From: Vezdaea acicularis
Lineage: Eukaryota
Reading direction: 5' to 3'
Assembly (NCBI GenBank): GCA_026025075.1
Contig: JAPEUI010000029.1
Location: 62,001-126,000, forward strand
DNA: 64,000 bases
In this document: one piece after another, positions 48,432 through 60,546 of the stretch
Layout: every line of letters begins with the position of its first letter
Position numbering within the stretch: position 1 is the first letter of the stretch
Program-made: the position numbers and the translations under genes
The notes under the pieces: model-generated
Seen by the model: only the letters and a program-made list of their open reading frames with translations
Databases searched by the model: none
Told to the model about the DNA's origin: nothing

Positions 48432-48903
48432 TTCAACGGACGGAGCAATTTAATGGGGGAAAGCACTGAGATGGACAGAGCACGGATGGAATCTGAACTT
48501 TGTCAATAAAAGTCCGAGTATTTGTATGTTCCATTTTTTCAGGGTCCACACGTAGGTGCGGCATGTTTGTACCAGATAGATATTAAACCGTGTGCCTGTC
48601 TCCTGATAATTAATATCTATGTAGATATTTATTCGCTTCGCTAAATATATGCGGTTCCCGCCTGCCTATTGGCCAATGGGGCTGCACGAACGGGGGTAAG
48701 CTCCCGACGTCACACCAATTCCACGGTTGGAGATCCATATGACCAATCCCTGACGCGGCTGAGGCTTGCATATGACGCGGCGTTTTAAGATTCGCGTGTT
48801 GGAGTGCAGTATAAGCTTTCTGTGTTCTATTATCAAGTCAACCTCGTGGCCAGAGTAGAATTAAATTCGTGAACGCTCCGTACAATCCATAGCCACTCAC
48901 CAA

Positions 48904-50016
48904 ATGCCAGCTGGGCGTCCTCGACTTCACCGTACTAGAGAGGAAGCTCTGGAGGCGCAACGCGCGTCCAAACGCCTACATGCTCGGCGGCTTCGGAATA
49001 AGAGAGCCCGACACGAATCAAACAGCACACCCCCCTCAACGGTAGCAGAAGTGGCCGTATCTCGGGCTCCACTTGACCTTGTTCCTGCGCACGCTGTTGA
49101 ACCAGCGATAGCACGTGTACTTGACCTGGAACTCATCCATCATTTCACAACGGAAACATGCTTCACGCTATCGGACCAGTCCCGCGCGCATCCGGTATGG
49201 CAAGTTGTGGTCCCAAAGGAAGGTTTCGCCCATCCCTTCTTACTACGGGGTATCCTCGCACTTTCTGCACTCCATCTGGCATTTCTTCGGCCCGAAAATG
49301 CTCATCTCTACGAAATGGAGGCGACGATCCACCAAGACGCTGCTTTGGGCTTCTTTCGCACGGCCATGGCAAACGTCACGCCGACAAACTGCGACGCTGT
49401 TTTTGCCTTCTCTTCAATACTTGTGTTGCTAGCGTTCGCTTCGCCAAAGCCTCGTGGGATTCTCGTGCTTGTAGATGCTAAGCTGAGTGGCACGGAGTGG
49501 TTTGGATTAGTGAGAGGCAGTCGCCCTTTACGTGCCAAGATTTGGGATTGGCTCGAAGCCGGTGCAATGGCTCCGATGTGCGTAATTGAGCAAGTCGAGA
49601 ACATCAACTTCTCCGGTACAGGAGCTACCAAGCATCTTTCCGCTTTCTTGAGGTATTGTGATGAATCCGAAGATGAACCGTTTGTCAAAGCTGCCTGCGC
49701 TTTGGCTATAGAGGATCTTGAGGTCTGCTTTGCGCGTTTGGCTTCAAAAAACGCGACAGCGAGCAAGGTGAATTCAGTGATAGCATGGCCAAATGGGCTG
49801 ACCCAGGGCTATATGAGTCTGCTAGAGCAGAAACATCCAAAGGCTTTGGTCATACTAGCATTCTATAGCCTCGCTCTGCGCTATATAGATAGCTACTGGT
49901 GGGTCAAAGGTTGGCCAGCTCACATTCTATCAACTGTACATCAATTGGTAGACGATTCGATGCAACCTTGGCTCGAATGGCCATCTCAGGGGATTGGAAC
50001 AGACGAAACTCGATAA
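48904..50016 (+). CDS. Fungal transcription factor with Upc2-like C-terminal domain but no Zn2Cys6 cluster
   Basis: DLELIHHFTTETC.TL, FAHPFLLRGILALSALHLA, NCDAVFAFS, WFGLVRG, ALVILAFY, WWVKGW, W..WP. N-terminus is GRPR plus a basic helix with no Cys. Confidence 0.85.
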   Translation: MPAGRPRLHRTREEALEAQRASKRLHARRLRNKRARHESNSTPPSTVAEVAVSRAPLDLVPAHAVEPAIARVLDLELIHHFTTETCFTLSDQSRAHPVWQVVVPKEGFAHPFLLRGILALSALHLAFLRPENAHLYEMEATIHQDAALGFFRTAMANVTPTNCDAVFAFSSILVLLAFASPKPRGILVLVDAKLSGTEWFGLVRGSRPLRAKIWDWLEAGAMAPMCVIEQVENINFSGTGATKHLSAFLRYCDESEDEPFVKAACALAIEDLEVCFARLASKNATASKVNSVIAWPNGLTQGYMSLLEQKHPKALVILAFYSLALRYIDSYWWVKGWPAHILSTVHQLVDDSMQPWLEWPSQGIGTDETR

Positions 50017-50461
50017 GCCCGTACCTATTTTGCTCTTCATCGATCTTGTGTAATGAATTCTTATAACAAGAGCTTACTACCCCCAAAAAACCCCTTCACG
50101 TTTGCGAAAAGTGTTCCACTCATTAACAGGACTCGACTAACAGAAAAGCGTTCTACTCCGTTTTCATAGTGAGCTTTTCGAACACCAGGCTAATTATTGC
50201 AGTAAGACTTACACGGCTATTTGGACGTCGCATCTGGTATAGAATTCTTCTGGGTGCGTGATCTTTGCCAAATGATGAAGAATCTCAAAGTCTACTTCAA
50301 GATTACTAGTGGGCTAGAACAGCTTGTTCTTGGAGTTGAATAAATCCACACCTATGACTTCATCTGTGGTCATTGGCGTAATACAAATTATAACACGATA
50401 CACGACTAAGAGGCCTCGCTTTGTGCAAGCGTGTATATCTAGAGACTGGTCAGATACAGCG

Positions 50462-53400
50462 CTAGGCCTGCTGCCGTTCGGGCCTATCTCGGGCCGGTCT
50501 CTGCTTCTTGAAGCAAGCACTAATAAACGGTTAATCTTATGAAAACACAAGCACATAGACACGTACAATTCTGCTCTACTAGTTTCACGAAGTGTCCTCA
50601 ATACCTGCCGCATCTCGGGCAGCTCTTTTTGCAGTCGCTTCCGCGCATCTTCGTCGGTTCCTCGATCCAATTCCGTATAAATCTGGGCTTGCAGCTCAGA
50701 CGCTCTCTCAGAGGTGTATTGACTTAAGGTCTGCGCGATGAATTCGACATCTAGTGTTGCTTGCATCAGGGCCGAAAGTGAAAAGCGACCACGGGCTTTG
50801 AATGCTGCGAGTAGAAGAGAGGAGAGCTGCTCAAGTAAATGGGAGAGAATTTGCGACGTCAATGAGGGAGCAGTCGTAGATACTTGCGTATGTACGAGAA
50901 CAAGGGTCAAGAGTGCCTCGTAAACATAAGGACGCACTTCTGCAGGCCTTGTGCCAATTTTAGGCGCCCAACTTGGATCTTGAATGCCTTCACGCACAGT
51001 TCTTGAGAGCTTATCCACTGTTGCCCGGTTGACAGATGCGAACAGCCGCGCATCTATCTGTCCAAGGACGTCATGAATGGTTTTACTTTCATCTGTGAGC
51101 GTCACACTGAACAGGGTCTCAAAAGAAGAGATAAGGCCCGGGACGATATCACTTCTCAATGCCATAAGATTGGCGAGAGTGAGCAGCATCCTCCGACCCT
51201 GGAATGATGTAAGAAACGGTCTAATGACAAGCTCAAAGAGTGAAATACCTTGTCTCGTGCATTTATAGGATGTGCGATGATTATTCCTTTTGCGTTTCCT
51301 GCGATTGGGTTTGCGATACCATCAGGGTCATCGTCCCAGTGATTGGTAGTAAGCACCACAGGCTTCTCTGCATTTGAGACCATCCCGCTGAACGCTTTAT
51401 ACAAGCTTGTCACAAACTGGGTGCGGACCATTTGTAACAGCTTGGTGGGAGGGGGGAGAACGACTTCGGCTGAGCCAGCCTTAGTCATTGCCTCCGAAAC
51501 ATACAAGACTTTCTGCATTCCTGAGAGAACGCCAGTCTCGAACGCTCTAAAATGCGAGGGCATTTTCGTTAAGCTCGTGTTCTCATTCGATTTGGTCCAG
51601 TCCTCCAGTACTTTACAATTCTCCGCGTCTCTGTTCCATGCAGCGCATATGGCTTGCACGCATCTCTCCCGCGTCCCTCCAACAAAGTTTTTCATGCGCT
51701 CGAGATTGCCCGTTTCGTGATTGACCCCAGAAATTCCGGCCATTTCACTAGCAGCAGTACCAATAAGAACCAATGCCTTCCCAAGGTAATACACGCCACT
51801 CAATGAATTCGAGTACGGAGGCCAGAACGCGAACTTTTCCCAGGACTCACCTAATTTTGGCGAAGGCGGTGGGGGATTGTTTTGATCAAACTTGAAGCGA
51901 GGATCCTGGAAAGCTCCCGGTGCGAGATTAGCTGATCGCGGTGTATGGGGTGTACGAGGTGTGCGTGGTGTATCTGGAGTCTGCGGAAGTGGGGAGAAAA
52001 GGAGAGATATGTCCTCGATAGGAGGATCAGCAAAGAATGAGAAGACGTTATCTCTTATCAAATTCACCAGCTCGCTCGCCCCACTTTGAAGATCCCTAAC
52101 ACCATCAGAAGATAGACGATGGTGCTGCCGACTTTGGCCGTCGAAACCAACAGGAAGTGTCCTTTGTGTCTTTCCATCAATGAACGCGCGAGCTGTATCC
52201 CAAAATTCAAGAACTTCTCCCAGTATACCCCCTGATGAAGCTAAAAGCAAGTTCAATGATGAGTACGTCAGATCCCACATCTCGATTACTTCACTCTCAT
52301 CCAAGCATTCGGGCTTGTGCTTCAGGCCCTGATGGACCGAAGCTCGTAGATTTGACGCGATTAGTTGAGGACCTGGAGGTGTCCTTACCGCTAAGTTTCT
52401 GCGCAGAACTTCGACTTGCATCTTCAACCTCTCAGAGGTCGAAATGATCTTACTTTTCAGGTGATCGTATCGACTCAGGAGCCATACCCAGATGGGATTA
52501 TCCTGGACTCCCAACTCCAACAGAATACTGATGAGCTCCATATGCTCCTCTGGTTGGCCTGCTGAACCCATACCACCTGACTGAGTACTTGGTTGAATAC
52601 CGACGAGCCTCCTCCACATATCTCTTTTGAATCCTTCGATCTGGTCTTCTACATCTAGCCACATACGTGCCGTCACAATGATTTGGTGGATTTGAGCATC
52701 ACTCAAAGAAGTGCCGCCATGAGCAGCATTCTCTACGACGATACCAGCCCCCTCCTTGAATTTCCTCGCACGCCCATACTCTTCAACTAGAGCCTCATAA
52801 TCTTTCCGCTTTATGCAATCAGCAATGCTCGGGCTAACTTCGTAGACACCAGTGTAATTATCGACAGCGGCTAATGCGGCCTTCAACCCGCTTTCACGCT
52901 CTCTTCCACCTAGTGCAGGTCCCCAAACTTCCTCAGCTTTGACCGCGACTTCAATAAGTGGCACCTTGATTCCAGCTACACCATACTCAGCCTCTTTAGT
53001 CAACGCATTCTTTTTCCTATCGGGCGCGCCTTCTGGTGGCAGACCAGGACTCAGGGGGCCTCCAGCACTTGTGGTTCTGAAATGTGTACTGTTCCGGCTC
53101 CCGTGCCTTGAGTGCGGGCCAATCCCCAATTTAGTTTTCGACTGAGCTGCAGGAGCTCCTTGCTGCCGCATCTCCGTGTACACATTATCAATGGTAGCTT
53201 TAGCCCTTACGAATCGCTCGAAGTTCGACTCGACCAGGACTTTCAAGGACGCGGACTTCTGGTCAATGGATCGTGACAGGAACTCGAGACCATCCAGAAG
53301 AGATTGATTGGAATCAGCTGCATGAACTTGGGCAAGAAACATAGTGGGTGAAAAACTCGTTGATGAAAGTAAGAAGCGATTTCCTAGAGCAATGTGTTAG

Positions 53401-53777
53401 TCACCGAGGTTGAACTTGAGTATGAGTATGAGCGTACGAAGCTTGGCGTTGTCATCCACTGGAAGACCCTTGCTCCTCAACAGCTGCACGACACTTCCTG
53501 AAGATCCCAGTGGGTCGGCCTCATCTTTCTGAACTAAGTTCTCGACCCCATCTCCACCTCTTTCAGAGCCTGGCACAGACCGACGTTCACTGCCCTGCCG
53601 ATCGAGGTGCGCGTACTTGGACTTTGACCTTCGAACCAGTGCCCCAGCTTTTGTTCGAGAAACTTTAGGATCATCGTCTCCAGACCCATCATCTACGTCC
53701 TTCTCGGCTGGCCATTCCTCTGGGAAAGGGTGATTTAAATTGTAGTGGCCGAGGACAGCTCGCTCAAAATCCCCCAT
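50462..53777 (-). CDS. SEC5: Exocyst complex component Sec5, 4 exons
   Basis: DEADPLG, FLLSSTSFSPTMFLAQVH, LKVLVESNFERFVRAKATID, LLELGVQDNPIWVWL, MLLTLANL, LMQATLDVEF, last exon ACFKK. Confidence 0.93.
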
Positions 53778-54204
53778 ATTGGCCTCCGGGCAACCAATTA
53801 CGGTCGACTAGGTTTCGAAAGGCCCAGGTCAAAGTCTGCACCAACATCAAGTTTCATCTTCTATATCTCGTGTCTTGGTTTCCGCGGGCGATTTGAAGCT
53901 GGTTCCATATTTGCCAGTGGTTACGAACTGGATTTCCAAAGTTCCAAGGAATAATTTCCAGCGCAACTGACCCGAATAGCTTGCAGTATCTAGTCCCTCA
54001 CCAGTGATTGGCCACAAGCTCGAATTGAATCTCGGCTGAAGAAGCTCATGCTTAGCGCGTTGCTTCTTCCTAGGAGCCATTTACTTATCACCTCCCACCT
54101 GGATCGCGCTGCCACCACTCTTTCGTACCGTAATATGATCAACAACTTTCCCGCTGCATCTCTCGAACTCCCCTGTACTTAAAGACTGGATCAGCCTTAG
54201 AGCC

Positions 54205-55650
54205 ATGCTAGTCACTCGCTCAATTCCTGCTCCGGCGCGGCAAGTTTTGCGCAGATGTAATGCTGATCGCCGATGGTTACCAGTATTAACCCCGGTACGA
54301 GCAACAACTCCTTCCACACTTCCATAAATTATGGCGAACTAAAACACTAATGTCAAACATTTGAAGACCCAATCAAGGTTCTATTCCGTTCCTGAGGCAG
54401 AGAAAGTGGCAAAGTTCAAGGGTAAAAAAGGCTCAACTGTAAGGCTTGCTCTCCAAGTCGGAGGTCTACAACGACACTCTCCGAGACCTTAAGGTCAAGA
54501 TTTGCGTTCTGACGGGAATTACAATCTCAAGGGCAAATATACTGTCACGCTGATCGAAGGAGATGGTATTGGGCCGGAGATCTCACAATCAGTCAAGGAC
54601 ATATTTGCTGCGGCTAAGGTACCAATGAATTGGGCACGGACTTCAATGGCCACAACATGCTTACGAACTTATCAAGGCACCAATTGATTGGGAACCGGTC
54701 GATGTTACCCCTCACCTCAAAGATGGCAGAACTGTCATCCCTGATGAAGCAATTGAAAGCGTTCGCAAGAACTTTGTCGCCCTCAAAGGTCCATTAGCCG
54801 TAAGTGCCTCGCGCGACCCCTCCTCGCGCGGAAGCCAGTGCCTGACTTTGCGCGCCAGACTCCTATTGGAAAAGGACATGTCTCTCTAAACCTCACTCTC
54901 CGCCGAACGTTCAATCTTTTCGCCAACGTCCGCCCGTGCCGATCTATTGCCGGCTACGAAACCCCGTACAAAAATGTCGATACAGTTCTCATTCGTGAAA
55001 ACACAGAAGGCGAATACTCCGGGATCGAGCACGTTGTCGTCGATGGCGTGGTACAGAGTATCAAATTAATCACACGAGCGGCAAGCGAGCGTGTGTTACG
55101 CTTTGCATTCCAGTACGCTGAAGACGTAGGCAAACGGAAGGTCACGGCCGTTCACAAGGCAACAATCATGAAGATGTCGGACGGGCTTTTCCTAGGGACG
55201 GCGAGAAAGGTCGCCAAAGACTTCCCGCAAATCGAGTATGCGGATGAGTTGTTGGACAACGCATGCCTGCGGATCGTCACGGACCCAACGCCATATAACG
55301 ATAAGGTGCTCGTTATGCCAAACTTATACGGTGATATCCTGTCCGATATGTGCGCCGGCCTTATCGGTGGGCTAGGTCTTACACCATCCGGGAACATTGG
55401 CGACGAGTGTTCTATCTTCGAGGCTGTCCACGGGTCAGCACCCGATATCGCAGGCAAGGGTCTCGCGAACCCAACAGCCCTGCTTTTGAGTTCAATCATG
55501 ATGCTGCAGCATATGGGTCTGAACGAGCATGCAGACAACATCCAAAAGGCAATCTTTGACACGCTCGCCGAGGGCAAGTTCTTGACAGGCGATCTAGGAG
55601 GGAAAGCTAAGACCCATGAGTACGCTGAGGCTATCATTAAGAAGCTGTAA
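54205..55650 (+). CDS. IDH2: Mitochondrial NAD-dependent isocitrate dehydrogenase subunit 2 (catalytic), 5 exons
   Basis: Arg-rich presequence [89 protein letters not shown]. Confidence 0.95.
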
Positions 55651-56100
55651 ATATGGGATTAGGTTCGGCTGGGAACGGTGTATGAGGGGGGCATGATGAA
55701 CGAGGAATGGGCGAAGATGATATCCTGAATTTGCATAGTCATATATTGTAACAATATGCATGAACCTTACGGCACTTCGGTCCTTCATGCTTGCTGCGTA
55801 TTCCATCCCCCATACCCATGCTCGCGTGTATTCTGAGGAGCATTCCTTTTACTAGAGTTTGCGTTGTCTCTTGTCTTTATCGGTGTCAAAGAAGTCTATC
55901 TGAATGCTCCTTAACAGAAGTGTGGGGTCCTTGGCAGAATATGATACGATTATGATAAAAACAAGACCCAAAATATCCAGTTAAAGAAGTAAAACGATCA
56001 CCTAACTAACTTCCAAACCCCATCAGTACTTCCACACAAAACAAGAATCAAACTTCAAGTCTTCAAACTCCAAGTCTTCTAACCATCTAAAAACAAATAC

Positions 56101-56105
56101 AAAAA
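56101..56105 (-). terminator. RNA polymerase III oligo-T terminator of the tRNA-Leu gene
   Basis: TTTTT on the minus strand, 7 nt past the tRNA discriminator base. Confidence 0.75.
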
Positions 56106-56158
56106 GATTAATTGATGGGAGTGGGACTCGAACCCACGCTCAGTTTCCCGAACCAGGA

Positions 56159-56177
56159 GATCTTGTTAAGATTGAAA
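56159..56177 (-). other. 19-nt canonical (TSEN-type) tRNA intron at position 37/38
   Basis: TTTCAATCTTAACAAGATC, one nt 3' of the anticodon; contains CTTAA, complementary to the anticodon loop TTAAG. Confidence 0.85.
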
Positions 56178-56185
56178 CCTTAACC

Positions 56186-56238
56186 CTGCGAAGTTGATTA
56201 GTAACAGAAGTGAGGTCCATGGCATCGGATATACTAAC
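56186..56238 (-). other. 53-nt spliceosomal-type GT-AG intron inside the tRNA anticodon stem (between positions 29 and 30)
   Basis: 5' GTTAGT, branch ACTAAT (56202-56197), 3' CAG. Precise excision restores CCAGG, which pairs with CCTGG. Confidence 0.85.
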
Positions 56239-56962
56239 TGGCGCCATAACCAACTCGGCCATCCCACCATAAGGTAAGATTGGAGGTGAAATTAAAATAT
56301 ATATATCTCAGACAAAAGGATTTCAGCAGAATAGGAGATGCTTGAGGAATTTTTGATGCCTGGATATCGTTACTGGTGAATAAGCTAAAGCGCCGGGCGG
56401 TAGACCCGACAATGCGACAGCAGTATTCTGTATTCACAAGTAATCTTAGGCAGTTTAGTCTTCCTTGATTCGGAGATTTTCATTGCAGCCAATGCCCTGT
56501 GTTCATTTGATCTACTCGGCTTGGGTCTGAAATTGAGGAAGAGCGGCTCATAACGGTGCTTCGGCCATACTCCACACCAACAGCACCTGCAGACAAATCA
56601 GATGTAGAAGTGCATTTTTCATAGGGGGTCTATTGTACTCTACAGTAGGCCTGCTACCCACTCCTCAATTAGTATCTACGATAGTCTTGCTATAGTATAT
56701 ACAGACCCTATTAATTCCCCCTAACAAAAGCGCGGGGCCCTAGTTTCTGCGCAAGTCACTGCCGCAGTCCCTCCATTCAGTATCCCGAATCTACTCTATA
56801 ACCACAGCGCTCAAGTGCGAGCAGGCGAAGGAAAAAAGGAGGAATGCAAAGCGCAATGCCCGTCGCAGAGATGCAGCAAAAAAAAAAAGAAGCCAGCAAA
56901 AGGTAAAGAAGTAACCCAAAGTGAAGAACATAGTGGTTGGAGTAACGGAGACGCAGTGTCCC

Positions 56963-59900
56963 TCATGGACGCTTCTTGCTGCTGCCCTGATCGGCTTCTC
57001 CATCGTCAACCTCGAGCATTTGGCTCAACCCCTTGAGCGTTATCGAGCTTGACGAGAAGTGGAGGACTACCAGCCATAAGGCAACAAGGTTCACAAGGTG
57101 GTGAAGGATGTATGCATATGTGACGCCGTATACGGCAGCGTAGACAGCGAGGAGGAAAAGAGAGGTGTTGGTGATGTAGCTCAAGCGGCTAGTAATTCTT
57201 GGTACCATCTTTCCACTCGTGAGGGTCTCCACGAGAAGAATGAAAGGCATGATAGACAGGACATTATGGTGGGAGGAGAATGGCGTGAGCCAGTGGACGG
57301 AGAGATTATGAATCCAGACGACGAGAACAGGGAGATTTATCGGGAGGATCCAAAGCATTAGTATGAGGATGGAGTGAGCATAGTTGTAGAAATTATAATG
57401 GGACCCAGTCCGCTGCATCAGTGGAAGCATTAGCGCATTGGTTGGTGGTGATGGAAGAGGGATATTAACTTACGGACTCACGAGTGACCCGAAGGGCACG
57501 GGTACAAGTTGCTATTTGTACAATGCAAGCTACCAGGTATGCGAATTGATAAGGAATCAAAGTCGATACTAGAATTAGGAGAACAAACGTCGTGACAATC
57601 CGTCGGCGGGGAGTAGGTGCCGCAAACGCAGGCGAAGAAGCCCTCCTATAAAAAAGATTAGCAAAGAATCTGACCGGGCTTTTCGAAGCAGTTACCTTCT
57701 ATCGTCTCGTTGCAACCAAGCCGGCCTCGCAGTAAGAATGCTTAGTAGGAAGGAAAGAATATAGGTTACGCCGAGCGCGATGTAATTGAGCACAACGCAG
57801 CCGCCAACACTAACAAGTCCAAGGGTCGGCACGAGAAACCAAAAAAATGAATCTTGCGACCCAAGCAACAGGTCATTCTTCGTGTAGTCGGTCAAGGTTT
57901 CAGTTGCGTTCCTTCGCCACGGTAGGGGTCCAGATTGCGGTCTTGACATGTGTGAACTCGAATTGGCCAATGAAATGGCCAAGAACGATAGGGCAAGTAG
58001 CAGTATTGGTAGCGACTTGCGTAGGCAGAGATCCATTGCCTCGGAAAAAGGTACAAATACTCCCTGTTCATCATAAACCTTGAATTGTTTGCGTAAGACA
58101 AGGGCGACGACCAATAGCGGGAAAGCTGCGAAGACAGTCATGTAGCGCATGACCAACTTCCCCATACTACCCGCAACATCGATTCGTAATGAAACGTCCA
58201 TTGAAGTATTACAATTGGAATCTGACCACAGCTGTAACGATACGCCATCAACGGCACTCTTAGCTTTGAGAGGCGGTGGCATGAATGGAGCTACTCCATG
58301 TAAGTTGATACCAGCTTGCTTAACATTCACGAAGTACTTTGACTCATACGGATCGGACAAGTATTGGCGTAGTAAGGGAGAAAACAACTCTGAATCTTCG
58401 CCGCAAGCTTGGTTGCCGATGACAAGATTGTAAGCGAGTAGGCTGGAGTGTATGGCTGGTATCTTGATCTCTGTGACCATGGGTCTATTTGCTGGTAGCC
58501 TCAGACGTAACCCTGATGTAAGGAGCCGGCCAAGTCCAACACTAGGTTCTATCACGGACGCTCCGTGATCGTTAAATTCGGCAACCACCCATCCTGACGT
58601 GAAGTTGGTGGCCTTATCGATGATTGCAACAAATTGGTGATCGGAGATATCTTCAAGATCATACTGGAGGTAAGAGAATGCCGATCCTTCCTCAAAAGGA
58701 TACTTGGACGTCCTCGTGGATGCAGGAAGAGAAATCACGTCTTCTGCTGCATTTTTGCAGGCCAGCCGAGTCGATCCAGAGCTATTACCTGAAAGATCCA
58801 TGTTCATGGAGAAGAGGGTAGCTGACTGACCAGCCTGAAGGGGGAAGACGCTACAGAAGAGAACCTCGAGATTCCCACCATGGCCTGGCGGATCAAGCTT
58901 TTCGTTCGAAAGGAGAGTGAACTTTGATCCTTCCGCTGTACCCCGAGGGGGGACAGGCAGCAGATACGCCTTTGGCTTTCCTGCTTGACCGAAACTCCTC
59001 AACGTGAACCGTGTGCCTTCCTGAATGATCGAATTAGAGTTATCCTCAAGTGTAAGAAGCGTAGTAGGCTCTTGATGGGGAAGCGTCTTTTCTGCTACTT
59101 CCTCCATCCCTGTCAAATACCACTTCTTAAATATTCGCATCCGGTCTGCCCGTGGCTTTGTTTGTCCAGGTCGATGTACATCTACAACATCCATCAACGA
59201 TCGCACTATGATCTTTCGAAATTGATCACACCATAGAATAGCCTGATGATCCATTCCCGTCCACACGCTTGGTACAGATGAAGTGAACACCGTAAAGCCA
59301 TGAGTATCCGGAACTAGGGATGAAAGACTTGCGTAATCTGACGGCACCACAGTATCCAACCCACCCCCTGCAATCGATATCAAGGTCACATGCCAAAGTG
59401 GGTTGTTGTTTGCCCATTTCTGCGAGTAGGCCTGCCTCCAATATTCATTGATTCGTTTATAAGTTCGTACCATTTCGGAATCAAAAGAGACTGGGGGTCT
59501 AGCATGTGGAGCTGACATCGTAATAATTGTGTTGATCGAATTCGATTGGTAATTGGGCATTGTGAGCATCGTCCGTGCGACTATGCCACCCATCGAATGG
59601 CCTACCAATATCACAGAGCTTGGATCTGGAAGATCTGGATCCTGCATGGACCTTCGATCTTCATGATACAAAGACAAGATGTATGCCACAGCTTCATTCA
59701 AATACTCGGCCTGATCTAACATTGTCTGTCCATGAAATGCAGTGATATCTTCGTTGAAGTCGACTGTAAAGAAGTCAAGGCTTCTCGTCCCGCTCTTGAG
59801 AGCTTCAGCATTGAGTTGTACGGAATCGTGGAAATACTGTGCCGCCTCGGCCGCTATGGGTCGAACTTGTTTATAGCTTCCAGCATTTCCAGGTATAAAT

Positions 59901-60546
59901 AGCACTGGCACTCCCTTGACCTAGATATGCTTAGCGCAGCTTGCGTGTACAGATCTAAGAGTCAACATACCTTTGTATCCTCATCGATGCCGCTTTCCCT
60001 ATACAGGTAGAGCGAATACTTGCTTGCAAAACGCGTGTGCTCTGTATCAAAGTCCTCAAACTTGGCGAAAGCCGGGCGCATGTAGGACATGCGGCAGCCC
60101 TTCACATCCAACTGTCGCGATACGAATGAGTGAAGAGTTGTGAGGACAAGGAACGCAGCGAGAGCAGTAGCGAGTAGCGTTGAGGGCGAACATGACCACG
60201 GACTACGCATTCGTGACCGACGGTGACGGGCAGAGTGCTGCATCTCCGTATTCGCAGCCTGCTGCGGGGGCAAAGATATCACAGCGTGCTGCTCCTTCGC
60301 CGGGGATCCATTTATAGGGGAGAGGGATTTCCAGATCTGGGAATGGCCGGGCTGTATTCCTGTATCAGCCTTCCGCCGGTCGAGGGTTTCGGAAGTTGCT
60401 CCAGTTGCTATCGTAGTGGGCTTTCGAGCGGTCGGAGGGCCGTCTCTCTCGTCGCCGCCAGGGGGTGAGGCAGGAGCAGACGAAGGCTCTTCTTCGTTGT
60501 TATCGTCGTCGTCCTCGGCGGCGGAATTGGAGGGCCGTCTCCTCAT
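56963..60546 (-). CDS. BST1: GPI inositol-deacylase (Bst1/PGAP1), 4 exons
   Basis: GCRMSYMRP, ASKYSLYLYRE, GVPVLFIPGNAGSYKQVR, lipase motif GHSMGG, DHQAILWC, multi-TM C-terminus. Confidence 0.95.

Larger units (their letters stand above)
56113..56268 (-). tRNA. tRNA-Leu(AAG) with two introns: spliceosomal-type 56186-56238 and canonical tRNA intron 56159-56177
   Basis: Acceptor stem GGTGGGA/TCCCATC+A, D arm GCC-GAGTTGGTTAT-GGC, anticodon arm CCA|GG-TTAAGG|T-CCTGG after removing both inserts, long variable arm TCGG-GAAA-CTGA, T arm GTGGG-TTCGAGT-CCCAC. Confidence 0.93.
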
